A stretch of 64,000 nt of DNA, taken from a bacterium (GTDB taxonomy: Bacteria; ARS69). The notes beneath the pieces were generated by a model. It saw only the letters and a program-made list of their open reading frames with translations. It had not been told where the DNA came from and did not search any database. Positions 1 through 8,710 of this stretch are shown one piece after another. Location of the stretch: the NCBI GenBank assembly GCA_046330135.1, contig JAXLTI010000004.1, positions 1,174,394-1,238,393 of the forward strand. Direction: 5' to 3'. The position numbers were made by a program, and so were the translations under genes. How positions within the stretch are numbered: the stretch's first letter is position 1; each line of letters starts with the position of its first letter.

Positions 1-1
1 C

Positions 2-643
2 GTGGCCGCGATCGACGTGGTGAGCGACGATCAGATCGGATTGGGGCGCTCGTGGGCGTTGATGAAGGAAGCCGGCACGTGTTTCGACCCCGTGATCGGC
101 GACAGCGAAAACCTCCCCTTCTTCCCCGGCACCTTCGATCTCGTGTTCTGCGCGGGCGTGCTTCACCACACGTCGGACCTGCCCCGGGTCTTCGCGAGCG
201 TGCACAAGGTCCTGAAGCCCGGCGGGCGACTTCTCGCCGTGAACGAGCCCTGCATCAGCATCTACGAGAACGCCGGCGAGATGCTGCGCCGGGACTCGGC
301 GGCGGAGCTCGCGCACGGGATCAACGAGAGCCGCCCGAATTACGTGGACTACTGGAGCGCCGCCGCCGGCGCGGGCTTCCGAGACGTCCACATCGCTTCG
401 CTGGACACCTACGAGATGACCGACGCGCAGATCGAAGCGTGGGCGGAGGCCTTGCGCGTGATTCCGCCGCGCAGCGGACCCCTGCGGCAACGGCTGAACG
501 AGGCCTGGGAGCTCTGGAAGAAGCGCCGGCGGAGCGCGGCCTGGCGCCGGCGTCTTCCGCGACCCCGCTCGAAGCGCGAGAGCCGGATCCGCGAGGTCTT
601 CCTCAACGTGGGCACCGACGTGGTCCTCGTGGCTCGGCGATGA
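2..643 (+). CDS. class I SAM-dependent methyltransferase (5' end truncated by window edge)
   Basis: ORF 2..643. Motifs DLVFCAGVLHH and VLKPGGRL are typical of Methyltransf_11/25 SAM-binding folds. The N-terminus is cut by the window start. Confidence 0.7.
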   Translation: MAAIDVVSDDQIGLGRSWALMKEAGTCFDPVIGDSENLPFFPGTFDLVFCAGVLHHTSDLPRVFASVHKVLKPGGRLLAVNEPCISIYENAGEMLRRDSAAELAHGINESRPNYVDYWSAAAGAGFRDVHIASLDTYEMTDAQIEAWAEALRVIPPRSGPLRQRLNEAWELWKKRRRSAAWRRRLPRPRSKRESRIREVFLNVGTDVVLVARR

Positions 644-707
644 CGGCAGCCGCGCGAGCTTCAGAAGACGGCGGGGGAGTGGGAGGACTCGCGCATCGGC
701 GGCGCAC

Positions 708-2300
708 CTAGAACCCTGCTGCCTGCCCATCCTTGCGCGAGTCCGACGCCGCTTCGTACCCGTCGCCGAGCCTGCGCACGAGCTGGGCGCCGCCGAAGAG
801 GCCGAACGTTCCGCCGACCGCGATGTGATGCCCCCGGGTGCGCAGACCTTCCGCGGCGGCGCGGGGGAAGCCGGCTTCGACGACCACCGCGCCGACCTCG
901 TCCACGAACCAGCGCGGCGCGTCGGAGGCGGCTTGCGGATCCTGACCGTGCGCGAAGATGCGCACCATCATCTGCAAGTGACCCTGCGGTTGCATCGCGC
1001 CGCCCATCACGCCGAACGCCATCACCGGGGCGCCCGCGCGCGTGACGAACGCGGGAATGATCGTGTGGAAGGGGCGCTTCCCGCCGGCCACTCGGTTCGG
1101 GTGACCTTCCTGAAGCGTGAAGCCGCGACCGCGGTTCTGGAGGCTGATGCCCGTCCCCGGAACGACCACGCCGGAGCCGAACCCCGCATAGTTCGACTGG
1201 ATGAAGGAGACCATCCGACCCTCGGCGTCGGCGGCCGCGAGGTACACCGTGCCGCGCTCCGTGGGAAGCGTTCGCGAAAGGGGACGCGCGCGCTTCGGAT
1301 CGACGTGACGGGCGAGCTCGTCGAGGAACGCCGGCGCCACGAGCGAGTCGGGCGTCCGCTCCATCGCGTCGGGATCCGCCACGTGGCGACTCGCCGCCGC
1401 GATGCCCAGCTTCATCGCTTCGATCTGGAGATGGAAGCTCTCGGTGGAATCGGGCGCCGTCTCCCGGATGCCGCATCGCTCCAGGACGCCGATCGCCACC
1501 AGCGCGGCGAGACCCTGTCCGTTCGGGGGAAGCTCGTGCAGCTCGACCTCGCCGAAGGGGACCGCGAGGGGCCGGACGTCGAGCGCTGCGTGCGCCGCGA
1601 GATCCTCGCGCGTCATCGCGCCGCCCTCCGCGGCGGCGGCCGCCGCGATGCGCTCGGCGAGAGCGCCGCGATAGAACGACTCGCCGCGCGTCGCGGCGAT
1701 GTCCTCGAGCGACTTCGCGAGCGCCTCGCACCGGAACGTCTCGCCCGGCTGCGGCGCGCGACCGAGCGGCAGGAACGTGCGTACGAACTCCGGGAACGCG
1801 GCATACCGCCGCTCGGCCGTGCGCCACGCGAACGCGGTGATCGGGCTCACCGCGTAGCCATCGCGGGCGTAGCGGATCGCGGGATCGAAGAGCCGCTCGA
1901 AGGGGAGGCGCCCGAAGCGCTCGGAGAGGCGGCGCCACACGTCCACCGCGCCGGGCACGGTGACCGCGTCCCAGCCGAGGTCGGGCATGGATGTCCGACC
2001 GGCGAAGCGCTCCGGCGTCCACGCGCGCGGCGAGCGTCCGGATCCGTTGCTCCCGTGGAGCGCCGTACCGTCCCAGACGATCGCGAAGGCGTCGGAGCCG
2101 AGCCCGTTGCTCGTGGGCTCCACGACCGTCAGCGTGATCGCGGTGCAGAGCGCGGCGTCCACCGCGTTGCCGCCGGCGGCCATCGCGGCGAGCCCCGCGT
2201 GCGCGGCGAGCGGCTGCGACGCGGCCACCACGTTCCGCGCGAACACCGGCATGCGCCGGGACGGGTACGGGAACGCGCCGGTGGGATCCACAGAGGTCAT
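708..2300 (-). CDS. ggt: gamma-glutamyltransferase
   Basis: 530-aa ORF with GGT hallmarks: the TVYLAAADAEGRMVSFIQSNYAGFGSG autoprocessing region and GGKRPFHTIIPAF. Full length. Confidence 0.85.
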   Translation of the reverse strand: MTSVDPTGAFPYPSRRMPVFARNVVAASQPLAAHAGLAAMAAGGNAVDAALCTAITLTVVEPTSNGLGSDAFAIVWDGTALHGSNGSGRSPRAWTPERFAGRTSMPDLGWDAVTVPGAVDVWRRLSERFGRLPFERLFDPAIRYARDGYAVSPITAFAWRTAERRYAAFPEFVRTFLPLGRAPQPGETFRCEALAKSLEDIAATRGESFYRGALAERIAAAAAAEGGAMTREDLAAHAALDVRPLAVPFGEVELHELPPNGQGLAALVAIGVLERCGIRETAPDSTESFHLQIEAMKLGIAAASRHVADPDAMERTPDSLVAPAFLDELARHVDPKRARPLSRTLPTERGTVYLAAADAEGRMVSFIQSNYAGFGSGVVVPGTGISLQNRGRGFTLQEGHPNRVAGGKRPFHTIIPAFVTRAGAPVMAFGVMGGAMQPQGHLQMMVRIFAHGQDPQAASDAPRWFVDEVGAVVVEAGFPRAAAEGLRTRGHHIAVGGTFGLFGGAQLVRRLGDGYEAASDSRKDGQAAGF

Positions 2301-2376
2301 GGGGCGGCGAGTGAGGTCGGGTGGCAGTCGACGGATTTCATGTGACGGCGATAGTGCGCGGTCCTCGCCGAAAGAG

Positions 2377-3834
2377 CTACTTGATGTAGCCGAGCGAGCG
2401 CAGCTTCTCGAGATCCCGCTCGGCGATCGGCGACGGCTCGTCCTTCCATTTCCCGGCCTTCGCCCACTCGAGGAGGATGGGCTTCAATTCCTGGAAGTGA
2501 GGCTGGTCCGCTCGCCAGAGGTCGTGCGTCTCGTGCGGGTCCTTGCGGAGATCGTACAGCTCCCACTCGAGCGCGCCGGTCTGGAACGGCGTCCAGATGA
2601 GCTTCCAGTCCCCGAGCACGACGCACCGGAAGGCGCCCTCCACGTCGTTGCGGACTCGCCGCGTCACGACCTCCGGATAGAAGGCGTGGCCGCTCTCGCC
2701 GAAGACGGGCCTCTCCGGCGGCGAATCGCCCTGGAGGAAGGGGACGAGCGAGCGACCCTCGAGACGGGAGGCGAACTCGGGCGACGCCTTCACGCTCAGC
2801 AGCTCCAGCAGAGTGGGCGCCACATCCACGAGGGAAACTCGTCCGGAGAGGTAGCCCTTGCCCGCGAAACGGCTCGAGGGCGGAAGGCTGAACGCCAGCG
2901 GCACGCGAATCTCGCCCTCGTAGCAGTAGTCGCCGTGATCGAAGAAGTAAGCGTGCTCGCCGAGCGACTCGCCGTGATCCGCCGCGAACACCACGAGGAG
3001 GTTCTTGCCGCTGCGCGCGCGGAACGCGGCGAGGAGCCGGCCGATCTCGTCGTCCGCGGAGCGGATGTCGGCCGCGTAGAGGCGGCGAATGTGGGCCACG
3101 ACGTTCTCGGGTAGATGATTGCGATGCGTGGCGTCCACCTTCGGCAGATCGTCGGGGAAGGGCTTCACCGGACCGGCGGGCTCGCCCGGGAGCGGCGTCC
3201 ACCCGAACGCCAGCGGGTAGCGGCTGCGATACCCGGGGTCGAAGCTCTGGATGATCTTCGGATCCGAGCGGTACGGCACGTGCGGGTCGATGTAGTGGAC
3301 CCACGCGAAGAGCGGCTGGTCCTTCGGTATGCGCGCGAGCTGCTCGATCGCCTTGTCGGTGGTGACGCGCGCCGGCCGCGAGTCTTCCGCCGTGTCGTAG
3401 ATGTCGAAGCCGCGGTCGAGGCCGCGATCGGTCGTGAGCACGTTGTTCGTGACGACCGCCAGCGTGCGCCAGCCGGCCGCGCGCAGGACCTGCGGCAAGG
3501 TCACGACCTCCGGGGGCATGTTCTCCCAGAGCGCGCGCACGCGAGTGCTGTGCGGGTAAGCGCCGGTGAGGAGCGAGGCGAGCGCCGGGGTCGTCCGCCC
3601 GATCGGTGACGCCGCGTCCTCGAAATACCAACCGGAGAGGATGAGCGCGTCTAGCACAGGCGAGGTGGGCCGGTCGTAGCCGTTCACGGAGAGATAGTCC
3701 GGCCGCAGCGTGTCGATCGTGAGGAGGAGGACGTCCGGGGCGCGATCGGCCCGCGCGGGGACGGCGATGGTGGCCGCGACAGAACAGCCGAGCGACAAGA
3801 CGGCGACGAAGCGACGGCGCATGGGAGTCCGCAC
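2377..3834 (-). CDS. sulfatase-like hydrolase/transferase (alkaline phosphatase superfamily), secreted
   Basis: N-terminal signal peptide. LLLTIDTLRPDYL metal-binding N-terminus and the AADHGESLGEHAYFFDHG C-terminal motif are typical of the sulfatase family. The formylglycine motif is not canonical (SPIGR), so the exact activity is uncertain. Confidence 0.75.
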   Translation of the reverse strand: MRTPMRRRFVAVLSLGCSVAATIAVPARADRAPDVLLLTIDTLRPDYLSVNGYDRPTSPVLDALILSGWYFEDAASPIGRTTPALASLLTGAYPHSTRVRALWENMPPEVVTLPQVLRAAGWRTLAVVTNNVLTTDRGLDRGFDIYDTAEDSRPARVTTDKAIEQLARIPKDQPLFAWVHYIDPHVPYRSDPKIIQSFDPGYRSRYPLAFGWTPLPGEPAGPVKPFPDDLPKVDATHRNHLPENVVAHIRRLYAADIRSADDEIGRLLAAFRARSGKNLLVVFAADHGESLGEHAYFFDHGDYCYEGEIRVPLAFSLPPSSRFAGKGYLSGRVSLVDVAPTLLELLSVKASPEFASRLEGRSLVPFLQGDSPPERPVFGESGHAFYPEVVTRRVRNDVEGAFRCVVLGDWKLIWTPFQTGALEWELYDLRKDPHETHDLWRADQPHFQELKPILLEWAKAGKWKDEPSPIAERDLEKLRSLGYIK

Positions 3835-4229
3835 TATGTCACCGAAGCGGCTGCGAGGTCCAGCGCTCGTCAGCGCGGCGCGAAAACCGTGCGGATGAGT
3901 GGGACCTTACGCCCACGCGAGGGCAACATCACGACGCATACGCCGAGAGGACCCCCGCACCCTCCGCTGACACGGCACAAACTTGACTCAGCAGGCCACA
4001 AAGGTCTACCGTGCCGGCGTTCCGAGCCACCTGCTAGCACGCGTGCCGCCCGCGGCAGGCGAGACACCGGTCCGCAGGTCGCTCAAGGGGAGGGAGCCGC
4101 CCTCTTGTGCCGGACCCCGCTGAACGGCCCGCCTGCTCGGCTTCCACACGAGCCGCTTCGCGAGACCCCTGCACTCTTTTCCGGAGGTCTCCTCTTCTGG
4201 CGGGACCTCCAGGATCGAGGAGACGCGTC

Positions 4230-6140
4230 GTGAAGAAAGTCATCGTCGCTTGTGTCCTTGCCAGCCTCGTTGCGACATCGAGCGCCGTCGCGCAGCACCA
4301 GTACGGATGGACGATCAGCGCGAGTCAAACGGATCCCCATGCGAACACCGGCGGCATCGCTGCCGGGGGCCTCGGGCACCTCTACCTCTGGTACATGTGC
4401 AGCGTGGGTGGCGGCATGTCCGCTGCGGACTTCGGCCTACAATCCACGGGCGTGATCTTCGCCGGCTTCTCGCCTCTAAGCGGCTTCCTGAATGCGGGAT
4501 CGGGCTCAAACCTACTGCTCGCCGTAGGGGGTTGCCCCACGGGCCCGGTCGTCGCCGGCGACATCACCGTATTCTACTTCGGCGGCGCGGGCAGCATGTG
4601 CATCGTCAACTCCACTAACAACATCCGCGTGACGGTGGACTGCGAGTCGCCCAGTCCCTTGGCGTGGAACCTCCACGCCGTCGGCTGGGACGCGCTGGGC
4701 ACTCCGTCGTGCAGTGAGCCACTCTGCTCATCGCCCTGCAGTCCCGTGCTCACCGTTGGATCCGGGTCCACCTACGTCTACCGCGATTGCCCGGCCCAGG
4801 TGCCGATCACCATCACGGATTCCTGCGATCTAGGCGCCTTTCAATTTGACATGCCGTTCGACGATGCGACCCTCGACTTCACGAGCGCAGCGCTCGGTCC
4901 CTTCTTGGGCAGCACGGGTCGCAACGTGCTGGCGGTGGGCCCCCACGTGCTTCTGGGGCGCGTGAGTTACGGCGCCATCTCGTTCGGAGGCGCTGCCGGG
5001 CCGACGGGTGCCGGCAATCTGGCGACCCTCACGTTCACGAACCGCAACGGTGGCTCAACGCCGATCAGTGAGTCTCTGGACCTTCAGGCGATCGAAGTCC
5101 TCAACACGAGTGGAGTGCCGGTGACGGCGCTGTCTACGCCCGGCACTGTGAATCTGCGGAACTCGATCTACGCAGACTTCGACGCGAACTGCGAGGTCAC
5201 GGTCACCGACCTGATGCAGATCGCTACGCGGTGGGGAGCCGTGTCCGGGGATTCGCGCTACAACGCGCTCTATGATATCGACCTCGTCACCCCTGGAGAC
5301 TTCTGCGCGTCAGCGCCGGACGGCGACATCGACATCGTGGATATCCAGCTCGGAGCTTCGCGCTGGGCGGCGACGTGCGCGAGCGCGCCAGCGTGGCTCG
5401 CCACCTCGTCCATCGTTACGCCGGCGCCGGTCTCATTCGCTCTCGACCCGGACGTGGTGGCCGGTGCCGTCGGTCAGATCGCCACGGTCGGTATCCGGGC
5501 GAGCGGCGCACAGGACCTCGGGGCATTCGAGGCGCAGCTCGCGTTCGATTCCGATGTCGTTGAGGTGGTCGGCATTCGATCCGGAGGATTCCTGGAGCAC
5601 GGCCAGAACACTGCGGTGCCACTGATGGCGCCGCGGGGCGATGGCGTGCAGGCCGTGAGCGCTTTCAGCTTCGGTTCCGCGGAGGGTGCGGACGGCGAAG
5701 GCATCGTTGCCTACGTCGACCTTCGGCTGAAGACGTGTGGGGAGTCAGCGCTGCGGATCAAGGACGCGCGAGGCGTCACAAAGGCCGGAGCCGAGTGCCC
5801 CAGGGGTCAAACGCAGAACGGCGAGATCGTCTGCGCGACCGGGATCGAAGCGACGGCCGGCACCGCGCCTCGGGGTCTGCAGATCGCGCCGAACCCATTT
5901 GCCAGTCGGACAACGGTGTCGTTCGCGCTCGCGGCGCAGGAACACGTTCTCGTCGCCGTGTTCGACATCGGGGGGCGTCGCGTTCGCGAACTGGCCGACA
6001 ACGAGCTTGCGACCGGCGTGCACGCGCTCGCCTGGGACGGTCGCGATGACGCGGGGCGAGTGGTGCCCGCGGGCATCTACTTTGTGAGAGTGACTGGTCC
6101 GGTCACGCGGCACACGGAAAAGGTGGTCGTGTCCCGATAG
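4230..6140 (+). CDS. secreted multidomain protein: novel N-terminal QQYGW/DPHxNTGG domain, two cohesin-like domains, a dockerin-like Asp-rich repeat and a C-terminal FlgD-Ig/T9SS-type domain
   Basis: GTG start at 4230 with GAGGAG 9 nt upstream. The start is chosen by analogy to its paralogue at 57239 (signal peptide VKKVIVACVLASLVATSSAVA-QHQYGW). The table ORF starts at 4107, but that N-terminal extension has no signal and Arg-rich composition. Cohesin-like block CDLGAFQFDMPFDDATLDF. Dockerin-like DFDANCEVTVTDLMQIATRW. C-terminus PNPFASRTTVSFAL...VFDIGGRRVREL...WDGRDDAGRVVPAGIYFVRV matches the FlgD-Ig/Por-secretion tail pattern. Confidence 0.6.
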   Translation: MKKVIVACVLASLVATSSAVAQHQYGWTISASQTDPHANTGGIAAGGLGHLYLWYMCSVGGGMSAADFGLQSTGVIFAGFSPLSGFLNAGSGSNLLLAVGGCPTGPVVAGDITVFYFGGAGSMCIVNSTNNIRVTVDCESPSPLAWNLHAVGWDALGTPSCSEPLCSSPCSPVLTVGSGSTYVYRDCPAQVPITITDSCDLGAFQFDMPFDDATLDFTSAALGPFLGSTGRNVLAVGPHVLLGRVSYGAISFGGAAGPTGAGNLATLTFTNRNGGSTPISESLDLQAIEVLNTSGVPVTALSTPGTVNLRNSIYADFDANCEVTVTDLMQIATRWGAVSGDSRYNALYDIDLVTPGDFCASAPDGDIDIVDIQLGASRWAATCASAPAWLATSSIVTPAPVSFALDPDVVAGAVGQIATVGIRASGAQDLGAFEAQLAFDSDVVEVVGIRSGGFLEHGQNTAVPLMAPRGDGVQAVSAFSFGSAEGADGEGIVAYVDLRLKTCGESALRIKDARGVTKAGAECPRGQTQNGEIVCATGIEATAGTAPRGLQIAPNPFASRTTVSFALAAQEHVLVAVFDIGGRRVRELADNELATGVHALAWDGRDDAGRVVPAGIYFVRVTGPVTRHTEKVVVSR

Positions 6141-6221
6141 GAGGTTGGGGATGGGGCAAGCCGGTGCCTGCCCCATCTCGACCGGCCGAGTCGTTGCGCA
6201 CGACCCCGCAACTCAGAGCAG

Positions 6222-7739
6222 GTGGAGTCGGAAACCCGGAGCGGCAACGTGCGACGCGGATCAACTCTCTTCGGCTTCGGCCTACTCGGCTTCGTCGTCG
6301 TGGCCGCCGGCTCGCTATCGGTCTCCCTTGCCCAGACCCCTTGTACTCCCAAGGTGGTCGTACGCTTGCCCGCGTTCGTCGACTACGGCTGTCCCGTGTC
6401 AGCACCCGTGAGGGTCTCGTCCATATGCGACCTGGGAGGCTTTCAGTTCGACGTGGTGTTCGACGAAACGCTTCTCGAGTTCGACCGGGTCGAGCTCGGC
6501 CCCTTCCTGGGAAGTACCGGGCGCAGCGTGATGCAGCTCGGGCCTGTCGTTCAGGTCGGGAGAGTGCGTTACGGGGCGCTGTCGTTCGGAACCCAGGCCG
6601 GATCGACCGGATCCGGCGACCTTGCGACCTTGACCTTCATCAATCGGAATCCAGGGCCCACGCGTCGCGCCTCGACGGTCACGCTCGAAGCGCTTGAGCT
6701 GGTGGATACGGAAGGCCGAGCGATGGAGACCGAGAGCGCACCTGGAAGCGTGAGCCTTCTTCATCACATCTTCGGGGACTACGACGAGGACTGCGAGGTC
6801 ACGGTCGGCGATGCCATGCAGCTGGCCACCCGGTGGGGGGCACGTAGCGGAGACGAGCGCTATGATCCCACCTGTGACGTGGACCTTGCCTCTCCGGGAG
6901 AGTACTGCGCGTCCGTCCCGGACGGCGACATCGACATCGTGGACGTCCAACTGGTCGCGTCGCGGTGGTCAGCCACCTGCGCGACCAGCACATCGGTGAC
7001 GTCGAGTGCCGTGATCACCGCGCCGGTGTCGTTCTCCTTCGATCCTCCCTCCGTGGCGGGGAGCGAGGGAGGCCTCACCTCGGTGGCGATCGTCGCATCA
7101 GGTGCGGAGGATCTCGGTGCGTTCGAAGGTCGCTTGGTGTTCGACCCCGAGGTCGTGGAGATCACAGCGGTCCGTGGAGGTGAATTTCTGACTCAAGGAG
7201 GCAACGGCACGGTCTCCTTGAGCGATGCGCCGACGCAAGGTGCGGAGGCCGTCGGGGCCTTTAGCTACGGGCCGTCTGGAGGCGCCTCGGGTGCCGGCAC
7301 GGTTGCGTACGTGGACCTACGACTCAGAACCTGTGGCCGCTCGGAGTTGGTACTCGAGGATGTCCGCGTGGTGTCGAAAGACGGAAGAGAAGAGACGCTC
7401 GGCGCAACGTCGACCGGCGAGGTGGCGTGCGCCGCATCCGGAGTCGGACCGGGGGCAGCGGCTGCGCGCCACGGAATCTGGGCCACGCCAAGCCCATTCC
7501 GCGAGGGGACGACGATCTTCCTTGAGGTTCCGGCCGCGTCGAAGCTCCGCGTGGACGTCTTCGATGTATCAGGACGTCGCGTGCGTGGCCTCGTCGACTC
7601 GGAATTGCAGGCGGGAGTGCACCGTTGGCAGTGGAATGGCTGCGACGATGCGGGACGGCCTGTTCCGACCGGGATCTACTTCGTCAGAGGTCTCGACCCG
7701 ACCGCGTGCCGTACGCTTAAGGTCATCCGCACTCGGTGA
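6222..7739 (+). CDS. secreted cohesin/dockerin-like protein with C-terminal FlgD-Ig/T9SS-type domain (paralogue of the 4230..6140 C-terminal two-thirds)
   Basis: Signal peptide. CDLGGFQFDVVFDETLLEF cohesin-like block, DYDEDCEVTVGDAMQLATRW dockerin-like block, and C-terminus SPFREGTTIFLEV...VFDVSGRRVRGL...WNGCDDAGRPVPTGIYFVRG. Collinear with the upstream gene. Confidence 0.6.
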   Translation: MESETRSGNVRRGSTLFGFGLLGFVVVAAGSLSVSLAQTPCTPKVVVRLPAFVDYGCPVSAPVRVSSICDLGGFQFDVVFDETLLEFDRVELGPFLGSTGRSVMQLGPVVQVGRVRYGALSFGTQAGSTGSGDLATLTFINRNPGPTRRASTVTLEALELVDTEGRAMETESAPGSVSLLHHIFGDYDEDCEVTVGDAMQLATRWGARSGDERYDPTCDVDLASPGEYCASVPDGDIDIVDVQLVASRWSATCATSTSVTSSAVITAPVSFSFDPPSVAGSEGGLTSVAIVASGAEDLGAFEGRLVFDPEVVEITAVRGGEFLTQGGNGTVSLSDAPTQGAEAVGAFSYGPSGGASGAGTVAYVDLRLRTCGRSELVLEDVRVVSKDGREETLGATSTGEVACAASGVGPGAAAARHGIWATPSPFREGTTIFLEVPAASKLRVDVFDVSGRRVRGLVDSELQAGVHRWQWNGCDDAGRPVPTGIYFVRGLDPTACRTLKVIRTR

Positions 7740-7834
7740 GTTGAACTGGGGACAGGTTGCGAGCGCTCACGCACCTGCACTGGGGTTGCGTCGGGGGAGA
7801 AGGGCGACCACCGCGAAGGCGGTCCGCGCCATCT

Positions 7835-8647
7835 CTAGCCCCCCGAAGCCTCCAGGAAGTCCAGCACGACGTCGTTGAACCGCGCCGGGTCTTCCATGTT
7901 CGGGAGGTGCCCCACTCCCGGCATCACCAGGCGGCGGGCGCCGGGGACGTCGCGCTCGATGGTCTCGGCCACCCGCTGGAAGTCGGCGGCGTCTCGCTCG
8001 CCCACCACTGCGAGGGTGGGCACCTGGATCTCGGAAAGCCGCAGGATCGCCGGCGGTACGATGGGCTGTCCCCGATCGCGGTTCAGCCAGTGCCACCCCG
8101 AGTAGCCTTCGATCATGGCGCGCAGGCGCGGCGCCAGCTCCTTCCGCGCGAGCGCATTCGCCAGGAGCGGTGACGCGAGCCACTCGCGCCTCGCGGCATC
8201 GAGTCCCTCCTTCTTCGCGGTCTTCGACACGGCCCCGAGGGAATCCGTGAAGTCCTTCGACCACGCGAATCCCGCGAGGAAGGTGTCCACGAGCACGAGG
8301 GCCCGTGCGCGCCCCGGGTTCGAGGTGGCGAAGCCGATCACCGCGCCGCCGCCCATCGACAGCCCCACGAGCGCCGGCGAATCGATCTGCAGATGATCGA
8401 GCAGCGCCGCGAGGTCGTCCGCGTGGCGATACGGAACGTCGGCGGCGGGGGAGCGGCCGAAGCCGCGCAGGTCGTAGCGAACGACCGTGTAGCGCGGCGC
8501 AAAGGCGTCGACCTGGTCGTCCCACATCCTCCGGTCGAGCGAGAAGCCGTGGAGGAACACGACCGGCGGACCCTCGCCGGCCATCTCCCACGCGAGCGTG
8601 GTTCCGGCGACGGGCACGAAGCCGGTGCGAGGTTCGCGCGTCATCAC
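7835..8647 (-). CDS. alpha/beta hydrolase
   Basis: VVFLHGFSLD and the GLSMGG nucleophile elbow; 270 aa. Confidence 0.75.
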   Translation of the reverse strand: MMTREPRTGFVPVAGTTLAWEMAGEGPPVVFLHGFSLDRRMWDDQVDAFAPRYTVVRYDLRGFGRSPAADVPYRHADDLAALLDHLQIDSPALVGLSMGGGAVIGFATSNPGRARALVLVDTFLAGFAWSKDFTDSLGAVSKTAKKEGLDAARREWLASPLLANALARKELAPRLRAMIEGYSGWHWLNRDRGQPIVPPAILRLSEIQVPTLAVVGERDAADFQRVAETIERDVPGARRLVMPGVGHLPNMEDPARFNDVVLDFLEASGG

Positions 8648-8710
8648 GCGTTCCCCTCACCGACAGTCGGATCGTGTCGCTCGCCGCTCATTTCGCGGTC
8701 CTCTCGCCCC

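Noticed and set aside
825-2345. 506-aa plus-strand ORF overlapping ggt
   Set aside because: It is antisense to the well-conserved gamma-glutamyltransferase. It has extreme Arg/Ala/Gly/His composition and no recognisable motifs. This is a typical high-GC antisense artefact.
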